A stretch of DNA of 32,288 bases from Octopus bimaculoides (taxonomy: Eukaryota), in contig NC_069006.1 of NCBI RefSeq assembly GCF_001194135.2, positions 9,359,202-9,391,489 on the forward strand. Direction: 5' to 3'. The stretch's first letter is position 1, and every line of letters begins with the position of its first letter. The notes beneath the pieces are model-generated. The model worked only from the letters and a program-made list of their open reading frames with translations. It made no database searches and was not told the origin of the DNA. The position numbers and the translations under genes are program-made. Positions 1 to 11,195 of the stretch are shown in pieces.

Positions 1-521
1 TATATATATATACATATATATGTGTGTATATATATATGTATGTGTATATGTGTGTGTGTATATATATTTTTTTTTTTTTTTTGAGAAAGCTACGAATCCC
101 TTATCCATTTTGCCATTTTATCAATGGCAGTAACCTAAAAAGAACGAGGCATCAGTTACATATTTAAAGGAGAGATTTGGTGGGGATGCTGATGCTTTTC
201 CTAACTTTACAAGCGATGTGTGTATTGACATGTGAGCAATATCATTGTGCTGGTCATGAGCAATATAAATATATATATGTGCAATGATGTAGCTAGTGTG
301 TTTGTGTGCCACCTAGGGGCTGTCCCTTCAGTTTGTTGATCCACTCCCTACCCCCAAGCAATACTGCCTACACTAGCCTTAAATACTGCAACTCATTTTG
401 ATCTGCTGCTCTGACGACTTTACCAACGTTTGTAATTATGGTGCTAATGAGAAATGATAAGTAATAATGAAAATATCAATAAAATTTGAAATCAATAATG
501 TTTTCTTCTTGTCCACTTTAG

Positions 522-651
522 GCAATCATTGAATGAAATAAAGAAACAAAGCCAAAATCTAATGGACCGTATCCAATCGATGCAGAATGATAACACTGAG
601 ATGGAACTACGTAATTCTGAGTTAGAAGGACAACTGAGACAAAACCATCAG
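522..651 (+). CDS. CROCC: Rootletin (ciliary rootlet coiled-coil protein), internal exon; first exon visible in the window
   Basis: Pyrimidine tract plus TTAG acceptor ends at 521; donor CAG|GTATAT at 651/652. Encodes QSLNEIKKQSQNLMDRIQSMQNDNTEMELRNSELEGQLRQNHQ (heptad coiled coil). Ends in phase 0, matching the next exon. Confidence 0.9.
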
Positions 652-1321
652 GTATATAACTATCTCTCTATATACATATGTATATATATATGTGTGTGTG
701 TGTATGGCTGAGTTCCTTTCGAGTGCTGGGCCTCACGGTGGCAATGACCGAGACCTTTGGCATTATGTCGTGCTTGAGGAGAAGACCCATCAAGCCGAGC
801 AAAATCCCAGGCATGGCAGATACTGGTGTCATGCAAATGGCACCCGTGCCAGTAGCACATAAAAGCACTCATTACACTCTCGGAGTGGTTGGCGTTAGGA
901 AGGGCATTCAGCCATAGAAACCATGCCAAATCAGACTGGAATCTGTTGCAGCCTTCCAGTGTACCAGCCCAATCAAACTGTCGAACCCATGCCAGTAGGG
1001 ACAACAGATGTTAAATGATGATGATGATGGTGATAATGTACACATATATATATATATAAGTTATGAGAGGTTACTCAGGTAATGCTGAGTAAGTGCTATG
1101 GACAGACCATAGTTAAGCTCCAGGTTCGGTAATTATGCGAATAAGGAGTCCAACGGAGGTTATATATCAGCGTGTGTATACATAAATTTTTTTTTTTTCA
1201 GAATGAGGTAAAAAACCAAAGATGTGAAGATTTTAGACTATTCAATACTTTTTGTATTGTCCTTCTCAGTTGATTCATAATCTACCATTTTAATAAAGTT
1301 GCTCATTGTTTAAATTTCCAG

Positions 1322-1522
1322 ATGCTGATTAAACGGCAAGAACAGGAACAAGAACTGAACCAACGCTTGCAGAAAATCCAGTCTGAGAAGATATCTTTGC
1401 AAGAACAACTTGGCAATTATCAGCAGGAATTCTCTCATATTGAAACAGAGAAGAAAGAATGGGAAAGATCTCAGATCCGTCTGGAGAAAGACAAAAATGC
1501 CTTGAGAAAGACACTTGATAAG
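1322..1522 (+). CDS. CROCC: Rootletin exon
   Basis: TTTCCAG acceptor, AAG|GTTAGT donor, 201 nt, phase 0-0. MLIKRQEQ...RLEKDKNALRKTLDK resembles the vertebrate rootletin motif EKDRVALRRTLDKVEREK as I recall it. Confidence 0.95.
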
Positions 1523-1943
1523 GTTAGTAGTGCCATCTAGGTTTGGATTAGGTTCCGATCATTGGACTGTGGCCATGCTGGGGCACCACTTGGTTTAGTC
1601 AAACAAGTCGGCCCTAGTACTTATGGGTTTTTTTTTCTTTAAGTGTGGTATTTATTCTATTGGCTTCTTATTGCTGAACCACTAAGTTATGAGGGATGTA
1701 AACAAACCAACATGGGATGCCAAGCAGTGGTGTGGGGTACAGGCACAAATACAAGTGCACATACACCTACACATACATACAACAGGCTTCCACACAGTTT
1801 CCATGTAACCAATTCTCTCACAAGGCATTGGTTGGCTGGCTGCCCTAGGGCTATAACAGAAGACACTTGCCCAAAGTGCCACATGGTAGGACTGAACCCA
1901 GGTGCAGGTTAAGATGTATGTATATTTTTTCTTTTATTTGTTT

Positions 1944-2295
1944 CAGTCATTTGACTGCGGCCATGCTGGAGCACCACCTTTAGTCAAACAAATTGACCTC
2001 AGGACTTATTCTTTGTAAGCCTCGTACTTACTCTATTGGTGTCTTTTACCAAACTGCTAAGTTACAGTGACATAAACACACCAACATCGGTTGTCAAGCA
2101 ATGGTGGGGGGACAAACACACACACACACATATACAACAAGCTTCTTTCAGTTTCCATCTACCAAATCCACTCACAAGACCTTGGTCAGCCTGAGGCTAT
2201 GGCAGGAGACACTTGCCCAAAGTGCCATGCAGTGGGATTGAACCTGGAACAATGTGGTTGGAAAGCAAGCTACTTACCACACAGCCACACCTGCA
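1944..2295 (-). mobile_element. SINE family A copy in a rootletin intron
   Basis: Reverse complement aligns full length with 24940-25367. Confidence 0.85.
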
Positions 2296-2472
2296 CCTCA
2301 TCATCATCATCATCATTGTTTAACGTCCGCTTTCCATGCTAGCATGGGTTGGACGATTTGACTGAGGACTGGTGAAACCAGATGGCAACACCAGGCACCT
2401 ATATATAATTATTTTGTACCTTAGCATGTATGCATAAGAATATAGTATAAGAATTCATTTCATTTCATTCAG

Positions 2473-2642
2473 GTGGAAAGAGAAAAGCTAAAGACAGAGG
2501 AGGTGGCTAGCAAGAGTTTCCTTGAACGCAACCATCTTGACCGCAGTCTTATCAAATTGGAAGAGGATAACAATGATCTGAAACAGCAGATACATCAACT
2601 GCAGGCGCAGCTGGCAGAAACAGAACAAAATCACGCACAACG
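2473..2642 (+). CDS. CROCC: Rootletin exon
   Basis: TTCATTCAG acceptor, CG|GTGGGT donor, 170 nt, phase 0-2. Encodes VEREKLKTEEVASKSFLERNHLDRSLIKLEEDNNDLKQQIHQLQAQLAETEQNHAQ. Confidence 0.95.
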
Positions 2643-2724
2643 GTGGGTTAAAGATTATTTCAATCAATCAATCTCATTAGTCACATCTTCCTTTCTTTGT
2701 GTGTGTGTGTGTAAGTAGACTGGC

Positions 2725-3035
2725 ATCGGTTATAATGACAAGGGTTGCAGTTGATCCACTTAATGGAACAATCTGTTTGTGAATTTAATGCGCAACTGGC
2801 TGAGCGCTCCACAGACATGCGGACCCTTAATGTAGTTCTCTTGGGAGATTCAGCATGACACAGAATGTGATAAGGCTGGTCCTTTTGAATTACTGGTACA
2901 ACTCCAGCTGAGTTGACTGGACCAATGTGAAATAAAGTGTCTTGGTCAACGACACAACACTCTGTCGGGTATTGAACTTATGACCATACGATCATGAGCC
3001 AAATGCCCCTAACCATTTAGCCACATGCCTTCACA
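2725..3035 (-). mobile_element. tRNA-derived SINE, family D
   Basis: tRNA-like head on the - strand at the right end. Related copies at about 5245-5500, 6500-6575, 20775-20950, and a head-only + copy at 25931-26006. Confidence 0.75.
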
Positions 3036-3901
3036 GATTAGACATTGGCAATGGCATGGCTAGAGTGTGTGCCACCAAAGTGAGTCCTTAAGTGTGCCAC
3101 ACTACTCCTGGAGTATAAACCTATATAGGCTTATACAGTAGGCCCTAAAGTGCCACTCCCATAAAAGCACTACTGGGTATTTGAAAGGGTCTTGGTGAAG
3201 GGAGCATTTTGTGATACACACACACAACACCCTCATATGTGCTTATAATAGAGTGAGGCGTTTTAGCATATCTGTGTTGCTGCCAACTCTTTGGCCTCAT
3301 TGATTCAATGCTGACTTATTTGACACGAGATGTTTTCATTATTTCCCCTCGTTCCCTCCCCTTCTCCATCTCCCCCTTCTCTGTTTATGTCAGCTGTGTT
3401 CAAGTAATGAATTGTAATGTCACCCTCTCCCTCCTTCTCTCTCTGTATGTGTGTGGACATATTTCTATTTTTGTGTCCGAGGAGAGGAAAAGTATTTATG
3501 TCATGGTGCTCAATCAATAAATCGTAATCTCTCTCTCACTCTCTCTCTCTTTCTCTCTCATTCTATCTATCTCTATGTCTATATCACTGCTCATGCATGC
3601 ATGTTTGCTTCCAGTGCCAAAAGGTCCAGTCACCAAAACAGACAAGATGTCCCGTCAGCTGTTGCAAATATTCTATATCCAAACAGCTCCAAATCATTTC
3701 ATTTCACTTATAATACACACACACACACACACACACCTACTGATGGTATTTTTGAGTTCAAATTCCACCAAGGCCAACTTTGCCTTTCATCCTTTTGGGG
3801 TTGATAAAATAAGTACCAGTAAAACACTGGGGTCGATATAATCGACTAGTTTCCTCCCCAAAATTTTCAAGCCTTGTGCCTATACATTATTTACATTATT
3901 T

Positions 3902-4057
3902 ACATTTGATGGATATTTGTCCTCATCTTGTTTGTTGTCAACACAACGTTTCAGCTGATATACCCTCCAGCCTTCATCAGGTGCCTTGGGCGAGGGTATA
4001 TCAGCCGAAACGTTGTGTTAACAACAAACAAGATGAGGACAAATATCCGTCAAATGT
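3902..4057. mobile_element. Penelope-like (PLE)-derived inverted repeat
   Basis: Near-perfect 66-bp arms at 3902-3967 and 3992-4057 with a 24-nt spacer. Contains the CTGATGA...GAAACGTT signature typical of PLE terminal repeats. A related sequence recurs at 24270-24700. Confidence 0.6.
3940..3985 (-). ncRNA. Putative minimal type I hammerhead ribozyme motif
   Basis: The - strand reads GGCAC CUGAUGA A GGCUG gagggtatat CAGCU GAAAC GUU GUGUU. This gives the conserved core, stem II (GGCUG/CAGCU), stem I (GGCAC/GUGUU) and a palindromic AACGUU in place of stem III. There is one extra A before stem II. Confidence 0.5.
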
Positions 4058-4666
4058 GCATAATTCCTCATCTCTCAAATATAGGACTTGTGCCTATTAG
4101 TAGAAAGGATTATTATTATTATTGTTAAGGTGGTGAACTGGCAGAATCATTAGTACTCTGGATAAAATGCTTAGCGGTATTTCACCCGTCACTACATTCT
4201 GAGTTCAAATCCCGCTGAGGTTGACTTTGCCTTTTATCCTTTCGGAGTTGATAAATTAAGTACCAGTCATGCACTGGGGTCAATGTGATTCACTAGTCCC
4301 CTCCCACCAAATTTTAGACCTTGTGCCTTTAGCAGAAAGGATTATTATTATTATTATTATTATTATCATCATTATTATTATTATTAAGAAGGCACTGAGG
4401 TGACAGAGTCCTCAGCAGGCCAGGCAAACTGCTTAGCAGCATTTCATCCGTCTTTACATTCTGAGTTCAAATTCTGCCAAGGTCAGCTTAGACTTTCATC
4501 CTTTCAGGGTCAATGGAAAAAGTACCAGTTACATACTGGGGTCAATGTAATTGACTTAGCCCCTCCCCTGAAATTGCTGGCCTTGTGCCAGAATTTGAAA
4601 CCAATGTTAGGAATAAATTCTCATTTCTTTTTCTTTTTTTCTTTCTTCTTCTTCCTCTTTCAACAG

Positions 4667-4808
4667 TTTAATTGATATGACCACTCGACACCGGGCTGAA
4701 ACAGAAATGGAAACAGAAAGATTACAAACAGCCAAGTTACAGGCTGAACGTACCTTAGAGGTCAGAGAACATTCTCATAGACAACGTGTGAAGGGCTTAG
4801 AAGAACAG
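4667..4808 (+). CDS. CROCC: Rootletin exon (not in the supplied ORF track)
   Basis: Long T/C tract plus CAACAG acceptor, CAG|GTAAGT donor, 142 nt, phase 2-0. LIDMTTRHRAETEMETERLQTAKLQAERTLEVREHSHRQRVKGLEEQ matches the rootletin C-terminal motif ERTLEARERAHRQRVRGLEEQ (from memory). Confidence 0.95.
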
Positions 4809-5825
4809 GTAAGTAACTGACAGACAATCACTTCTGCAGAAATGTACTCAATCCTGATTTTAATTCTACCTCCCACTCTTGTTCTCCTCTCACTCCAACT
4901 CCCCGTCTCGTTCTTCTCTCACTCCAATTCCCCCTCTTTTTCTCTTCATTTTGTCTTTCATTCTGTCCCCTAAACCCTTCTCACTTACTTTCACTTTCTC
5001 TTACACCTCTCCTTCTCCTGTGTGTGTCTTTCTCTGTTTCTTTTCTCTGACTCTTGTCTATGTTTCTATCTGTTTCTCTGCCCCTTCCTTTCTGTCTCTC
5101 TTTCTCATCTTCTCTGACTTCAAAGTTATATAAACATTTGTTAATCAAAGATACTTAAGATGATGTATATAGAAATATCTATTTGTATGTATGTGTATTA
5201 TATATCTTCATCAACATCAACATCATCATCATCATCATATATGTATGTTAGAAAACTGACTCTCCATTGGTTACGATGGCAAGGATTCCAGTTGATCCGA
5301 TTAACATGCAAGTGGCTGAGTACTCCACAAACACGTGTACTTTTAACATAGTTCTCAGGGAGACTCCGCATGACACCGAATATGACAAGGCTGACTTTTT
5401 TTCTTTTTTCTTTTTTTATTTTGCCAACTCGGTGAACTGGAGCAATATGTAATAAAGTATCTTGCTTAAGGCCACAATGCACCTCCAGGAATCAAACTCA
5501 CGACTTACAGTCCTGGGCTGGCCATGGCTGTGTGGTTAGGAAGCTTGCTTCCCAGCCACATGGTTTCGGGTTCAGTCTCACCGCGTGGCACTTTGGGCGA
5601 GTGTCTTCTGTTATAGCCCCGAGTCGACCGAAGCTTTGTGATTGAATTTGGTAGGCGGAAGTTACTGCCACGTGTGTATATGTGTGTGTAGGTGCTTGTG
5701 CCTCTCCAAGAGAGAGAGAGAATACACACACAAACACACACACATTCTACAGTGTATATAGAAATGTATGTATAAATTATTTTCTCAACTATCAACCCCA
5801 TGTTTAGACTGTATATGTCTACACC

Positions 5826-6200
5826 TAGGCATGGCTGTGTGGTAAGAAGCTTGCTTCCCAACCACATGGTTCCTGGTTCAATCCTACTGCGTGGCATCTT
5901 GGGCAAGTGTCTTCTACTATAGTCTTGGGCCAACCAAAGCTTTGTGAGTGGATTTGGTACACGAAGGCTGAAAAAAGCCCATTGTGTGTTTGTCCCCCCA
6001 CTACTGTTTGACAACCGATGTTGGTGTATTTACATCCCTTTGACTTAGCAGTTCGGCAAGAGAGACCAATAGAATAAGTACTAGGCTTACAAAGAATAAG
6101 TCTTGGGGTCGATTTGTTCAACTAAAGCCTTTTCAGGTGGTGCTGCAGCATGGTCACAGTCAAAAGACTGAAACAAGTAAAAGAATAAAAGAATAAAAGA
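5826..6200 (+). mobile_element. SINE family A copy in a rootletin intron
   Basis: Aligns full length with 24940-25367; short AAAAGAAT tail repeats. Confidence 0.85.
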
Positions 6201-6661
6201 ATACCTACTTCTGAAACCTACCAAATCTGTGTGTTTGAAGATAAGGCACTTAATGACAACTGGTGACCAAATTGATTGAAACAATTTGTAAATCATCATC
6301 ATCATCATCATCAATATGTATTTTCCATGCTGGCATGGATTGGACAGTTTGACAGGGTCCAATGAGCTATAGAGCTGCATCAGGCACCCAAAGTTAGCTC
6401 TGACTAGGTTTCTACTGCTGGATACCCTTCTACAGAGGCCAAGTAACTTGAAAGATGAATTAGAGAAAAGGATAAGGAAAAATGCCCCTTGACTGAATGG
6501 AGACGGTCTGGGAATTGAACCCATGATTTAGTAATTGTCATTGCAACACCCTAACCACTAAGCCATGTGCTTTCACAATTATCATCTGTAAACAATATTA
6601 TTATCTCAGAAAATTAGGCATTTAATTGATTTATATAACGTTTAATTTTGTCTCTTTCCAG

Positions 6662-6982
6662 GTATCAACTCTTAAGGACCAGCTGAAACAAGAGATTCAG
6701 AAACGACAGAGCTACATCTCTCGCAGTGTTCGTACTGGAGATGAGATCAAGGATATCCGCTTCCTCTTAGATAACTCTTTATCCAATGTCACCCGTGACA
6801 GCAGTCTAAACCCAATTTTGCTAGAACATGAAACTAAAAAACTTGATCTAATGCACAAGGGCGTCTCACCTCCTGTCAAACTATCTCCAGTGCGTAGTCA
6901 CTCCCCGTTACGCACTGGTGGCGCCGGCCACTTGCATAGAAATGTCACCAACTCATCCTTTCGTCATAAAGTAAAAAAGTAG
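6662..6982 (+). CDS. CROCC: Rootletin terminal coding exon
   Basis: TCTCTTTCCAG acceptor. VSTLKDQLKQEIQKR continues the rootletin motif VSTLKGQLQQELRR. Stop TAG at 6980-6982. Confidence 0.93.
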   Translation, partial: VSTLKDQLKQEIQKRQSYISRSVRTGDEIKDIRFLLDNSLSNVTRDSSLNPILLEHETKKLDLMHKGVSPPVKLSPVRSHSPLRTGGAGHLHRNVTNSSFRHKVKK

Positions 6983-7112
6983 ACTTTCTTCTGCTTTTCC
7001 TTTTTCCCCTTTCTAACATCAAGTGATCCGTGGCCTTATTAGGAAACATGTCGGTTTTCTATAAATTTGTATTTTTTTTGTTTTTTCAAATCATTTAAAA
7101 AACTATTTCTCA

Positions 7113-7149
<37 letters not shown>

Positions 7150-8270
7150 TTCTCACTCTCACACACACTCTCTCTCTCTCTCTCTCTCTTTTTCTTTCTC
7201 TCACACACAAATGCACATATACTTTGTTAGGTAACTCTCTTTCATTCCCAATTTTATTTGTAAGAATATTGTGCATGGTTGCAATGTATGTTTGTGTATA
7301 TGTGATTAAATATTTCATGATGTCAATAATGATAACAATAATATCAATAATGAAATATGGAAACAAAAAAATATCATTGTTACAAATGAATTATGTTATT
7401 CATTGCATGACAAAAAAAAAAAAACAAACGAACAAAACATATCACTTGTTAGGTTTAGCTTTTAAAACGAATGTTTCATAACCACAAAATGTCCTGACCA
7501 CTAACAAATACAAACGAAAGAAAGAATTTATTATTTAGAGGTGAATTTTCTAGTTTTTATTTCGGCCTTTCGTATCTTCGTGTTACGTCTACAGCTATTG
7601 TAAGAGAGATGTCTTGTGACGGAGAGCATATAAAACAGGTGCAGGTGTGGCTGTGTGAGAAGAAGTTTGCTTACCAACCACATGGTTCCAGGTTCAGTGT
7701 CTTCTACTATAGCCTCGAGCTGACCAAAGTCTTGTAAATGGATTTGGTAGATGGAAACTGAAAGAAGCCCGTCGTGCGTGTGTGTGTGTGTGTGTGTATA
7801 GAGTATTAATAAACTGTTGTCAGAACTCAATAGTCAAATGCTTAAGAATAAAAGTGTTAGGTGAATACAGAGCATAATATTAATTAATGAATGGCAAGGG
7901 AACGAGTTGTGTAATCACCTTCATTAGCTTGCAGTTGTTTCTGCTATAAGAAGCAGCATGCTCGTAGGCTGAGTGCTTGTGCAACATCATAAGCTAATAA
8001 AGTTGATTGTATTACAACTGTTCCCCTGTCATTCAATAATTACATAGACAGATAGGTAGATTGGGGTGTGTGTTTGTGTGTGGGTATATATATATATATA
8101 TGTATATATATACATACACATATACATGTGTGTGTGTGTGTATTGTTATTGATAAGTCTGGTGAATGGAACTTTGGACTGGAGAATTTGATGGCATCAAA
8201 TTATCATCAGGTGTTTTGACCCTGAACCATGTGTGTGTGTGTGTATGCACATATATACATACGCATAAAC

Positions 8271-8306
<36 letters not shown>

Positions 8307-8759
8307 AAGCTACCATCTCCTCCACCTTTTTAGACATCTTTCCCATGAAGAAAAAAAGCACTCCTGCCACTGTCACACGTGTGACAGCACCATCTGACAA
8401 AATAGCAGATTGAGAAAAATATAATATAGTGTGTGTTCTTAATGTGAAGGATTTCAAAAGATATGAGAGTATCAAAAATCGTCACAGTACAATCAATGGA
8501 GGCATGGCTGTGTGGTTAACAAGTTCACTTTGTAACCTTGTGGTTTTGGGTTCAGTCCTGTATGACACTTTGAGTAAATGTTTTCTTCTATAGACTTTGG
8601 CAGACCAATATCTTGTGAGTGGATGATTCTATACAAAGAAAACTATACAAAGCCCATTGTATATATATGTAGCTATATATATATATGAGTGTGTGTATAC
8701 ATATAAGAGTGTAAGTATATATGGGTTTGTTTGGATTTGGGCTTCTCCAAAAATCCCTG

Positions 8760-8867
8760 TGCTACGAGCAGTGACGTTGTTATTTGCCTGGTAACAAATA
8801 GTCCGCTTCCTCTGCGCTTTTGGAAGACGTGGAATAAGAGACTCTCTTATTTGCAAAGCAGGTAAGT
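8760..8867 (+). promoter_or_regulatory. Putative promoter/non-coding first exon with X-box-like and CRE-like sites
   Basis: Locally CpG-enriched unique sequence. TGACGT at 8772-8777; TTTGCCTGGTAAC at 8783-8795 (one mismatch to the RFX X-box); perfect donor CAG|GTAAGT at 8861/8862. Confidence 0.35.
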
Positions 8868-8986
8868 GTCAATGACAGAAAGAGCATCCAGCTCTAAAGC
8901 AAAACCCCAGTAATATATTTGGCTCAGCCATGCCAGCATGGAAAAGGAAAACGGATGTTAAAGCAAATATGCATGCAGACAGATAA

Positions 8987-9017
<31 letters not shown>

Positions 9018-9564
9018 TATATATATATACATATATATACACATACAAAGCACCAACCAATCATGACCAATGCCAGTACCCACTGACTGGCTCCTGTGGT
9101 GGTGGCACGTAAAAAGCACCAAACGTGATTGTTGCCAGGCCCACCTTACTGGCTCCTGTGCCGGTGGCACATAAAAAGCACCCACTAAGCTCTTGGAGTG
9201 GTTGGCATTAGGAAGGGCATCCGGCTGCAGAAACTCCACCAGATCAGATTCGGGCCTGGTTCAGCTGCTGGCTCTCCAGACCTCAGCATGGAAAACGGAT
9301 GTTGATCGATGATGATAGTGCATTGTGTTCTTGAGCAAAACACTTCATCTCACATTGCTCTGTGATCACCTGGACAACTGACGCGTGGCTGAGCTAATGT
9401 GCAACACAGACTTTTGATCACTATAATCAAATCATTTGAGGAGGTCATCCAGCAAAAGCTGAACGCTCCTACATCACCCTCAATGAAAAAGTCTATTGTA
9501 TTTATATGCATATATATATATGATATATATGTAGAGAGTTCTTGAAGAGATGGACTGATAGCGT

Positions 9565-9729
9565 ATATTGAGAATAACAAGAAAGTCAGAATGTTGGGTG
9601 ATTATGTATATTTTCAGTTACATATTTAGCACTTTCTTTCAATATCAGATTTACCAATAACGGAAGAAAGTGCTAAAAATGTAAATACAAATATAATCAT
9701 CCAACATTCTGACTACCTTATTATTCTCA

Positions 9730-9733
<4 letters not shown>
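9565..9733. repeat. Imperfect inverted repeat (fold-back element)
   Basis: Arms of about 70 bp starting ATATTGAGAATAA and ending TTATTCTCAATAT, with a spacer of about 20 nt. Confidence 0.8.
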
Positions 9734-9762
<29 letters not shown>

Positions 9763-10381
9763 CAAACCACATGTTGTTGTAGGACAACCATGCTAACCAT
9801 TAAAGTTTAGAGGAGTGTGTGCACACACATGCATACATGTGTATGCGTGGAGCAGGATGGCTAAGTAGTTAAGAAATTCGCTTCTCAAGTGTATGGCTTC
9901 AAGTTCAGTCTCACCATGCAACATCTTGAGCAAGTATCTTCTTTTATAACTCCTGGACAAACAATGTCTTTTGAGTGGATTTGGTAGGTGGAAACTAAAA
10001 GAAACCTGTCATATACTTGTATGTGTGAGAGAGAGAGAGAGACTGTGACTGTTTGTAAAAGCTGTTGTAGTGGCCGATGCCAGTGGCACGTAAGAAGCAT
10101 CCTTCTAATGTTGAGACTCATGGAGGCTGTGCTTGAGAAGACCCGTCAAGCCAAGTGAAATCATTAGTTGTGGCCAATGTCGGTGTCACGTAACCAGCAC
10201 ATAAAAAGCACCCAGTACACTCTGTAAAGGGGTTGGTGATAGAAAGGACATCCAGCTGTAGAAACCATGCTAGAACATACAATTGGAATCTGGTGCAGCT
10301 CCCCAGCTTACCAGTTTCAGTCAAACTGTCCAACCCATGCCAGCATGGAAAGCAGACGCTAAATGATGATGATGATATTGA

Positions 10382-10597
10382 TCAGACATCACCACATGCA
10401 GCTCTGTTACTAATAGCAACGTCATCATTGTCGTCATTTCCTGTCAACAATTTTTCATCTGCTATCTCTGTACTTTCGAATTTCACTGGAATTTTAAAAA
10501 GAGGAATCCCTTTCCTGGAGAACGGGAAAGGGTCAACTTCGTGAAGTACATCTAGCCGTAAAGATTCTGCCTCAAATCTACTCTTGTCTAAGATATG
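10382..10597 (-). CDS. Terminal coding exon of an unidentified - strand gene
   Basis: Branch-like TACTGAT, pyrimidine tract and CTAG acceptor (alternative TTAG acceptor, exon start at 10587). Open 72 codons HILDKSRFEAESLRLDVLHEVDPFPFSRKGIPLFKIPVKFESTEIADEKLLTGNDDNDDVAISNRAACGDV* in unique, non-repeat sequence. Confidence 0.6.
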   Translation of the reverse strand, partial: HILDKSRFEAESLRLDVLHEVDPFPFSRKGIPLFKIPVKFESTEIADEKLLTGNDDNDDVAISNRAACGDV

Positions 10598-10639
10598 CTA
10601 GCAGCATGGACAGATGGATGTGAAGGGGATCAGTAAGGT

Positions 10640-10656
10640 GTATATATATTCACATA

Positions 10657-10702
<46 letters not shown>

Positions 10703-11195
10703 TATATATATTCACTTAGACACACACACACACGCATATATATCTATATATACATAGATAAATAGATATGTATATGTGAGTGTGTCTATGTACACACACA
10801 CACACACATTTATATATACATACACATATATTCATGCATGTATATATGTGTGAATGTGTCTGTGTATTAAGCTTTTACGCACAGAGACACATATTATTTG
10901 TATATATTTACACACACACACATATATGTATATGTGTGTGTGCCAATGTATTACACACATAAATTATTCATATATTTACATATATATTTGTGCATGTACA
11001 TGCACACACACATATTTGCATGTGTGTGCGTAAAAACACACATTTATATATACATATATATTCGTGCATGTATATATGTGTGTCTATGTGTTATGCTTTT
11101 ACACACAGAAACACATATTGTTTATATATATTTACCCACATACGTGCACACACACACGCATATATATCTATATGCACGTGTGTGTGTGGATGCGT
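10640..11195. repeat. Compound (CA)n/(TA)n degenerate microsatellite block
   Basis: Directly visible. Similar (TA)n, (CA)n, (CT)n, (ATT)n and (GAT)n tracts occur throughout, e.g. 1-70, 7105-7205, 8070-8300, 13760-13845 and 17910-18100. Confidence 0.9.

Noticed and set aside
5505-6121. 169-aa and 98-aa ORFs
   Set aside because: They lie entirely within SINE family A copies; the same pseudo-peptide recurs at every copy.
8170-8215. CTGATGA followed by a hairpin on the - strand (second hammerhead?)
   Set aside because: No GAAA core follows the hairpin.
8305-8413. Possible alternative terminal exon of rootletin
   Set aside because: The AG is preceded by a (TA)n repeat rather than a pyrimidine tract, and the peptide shows no recognisable similarity.
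8629-8856. - strand ORF MQIRESLIPRLPK...
   Set aside because: It starts at TTG, runs into microsatellite, and has no - strand splice signals; the only strong signal there is a + strand donor.
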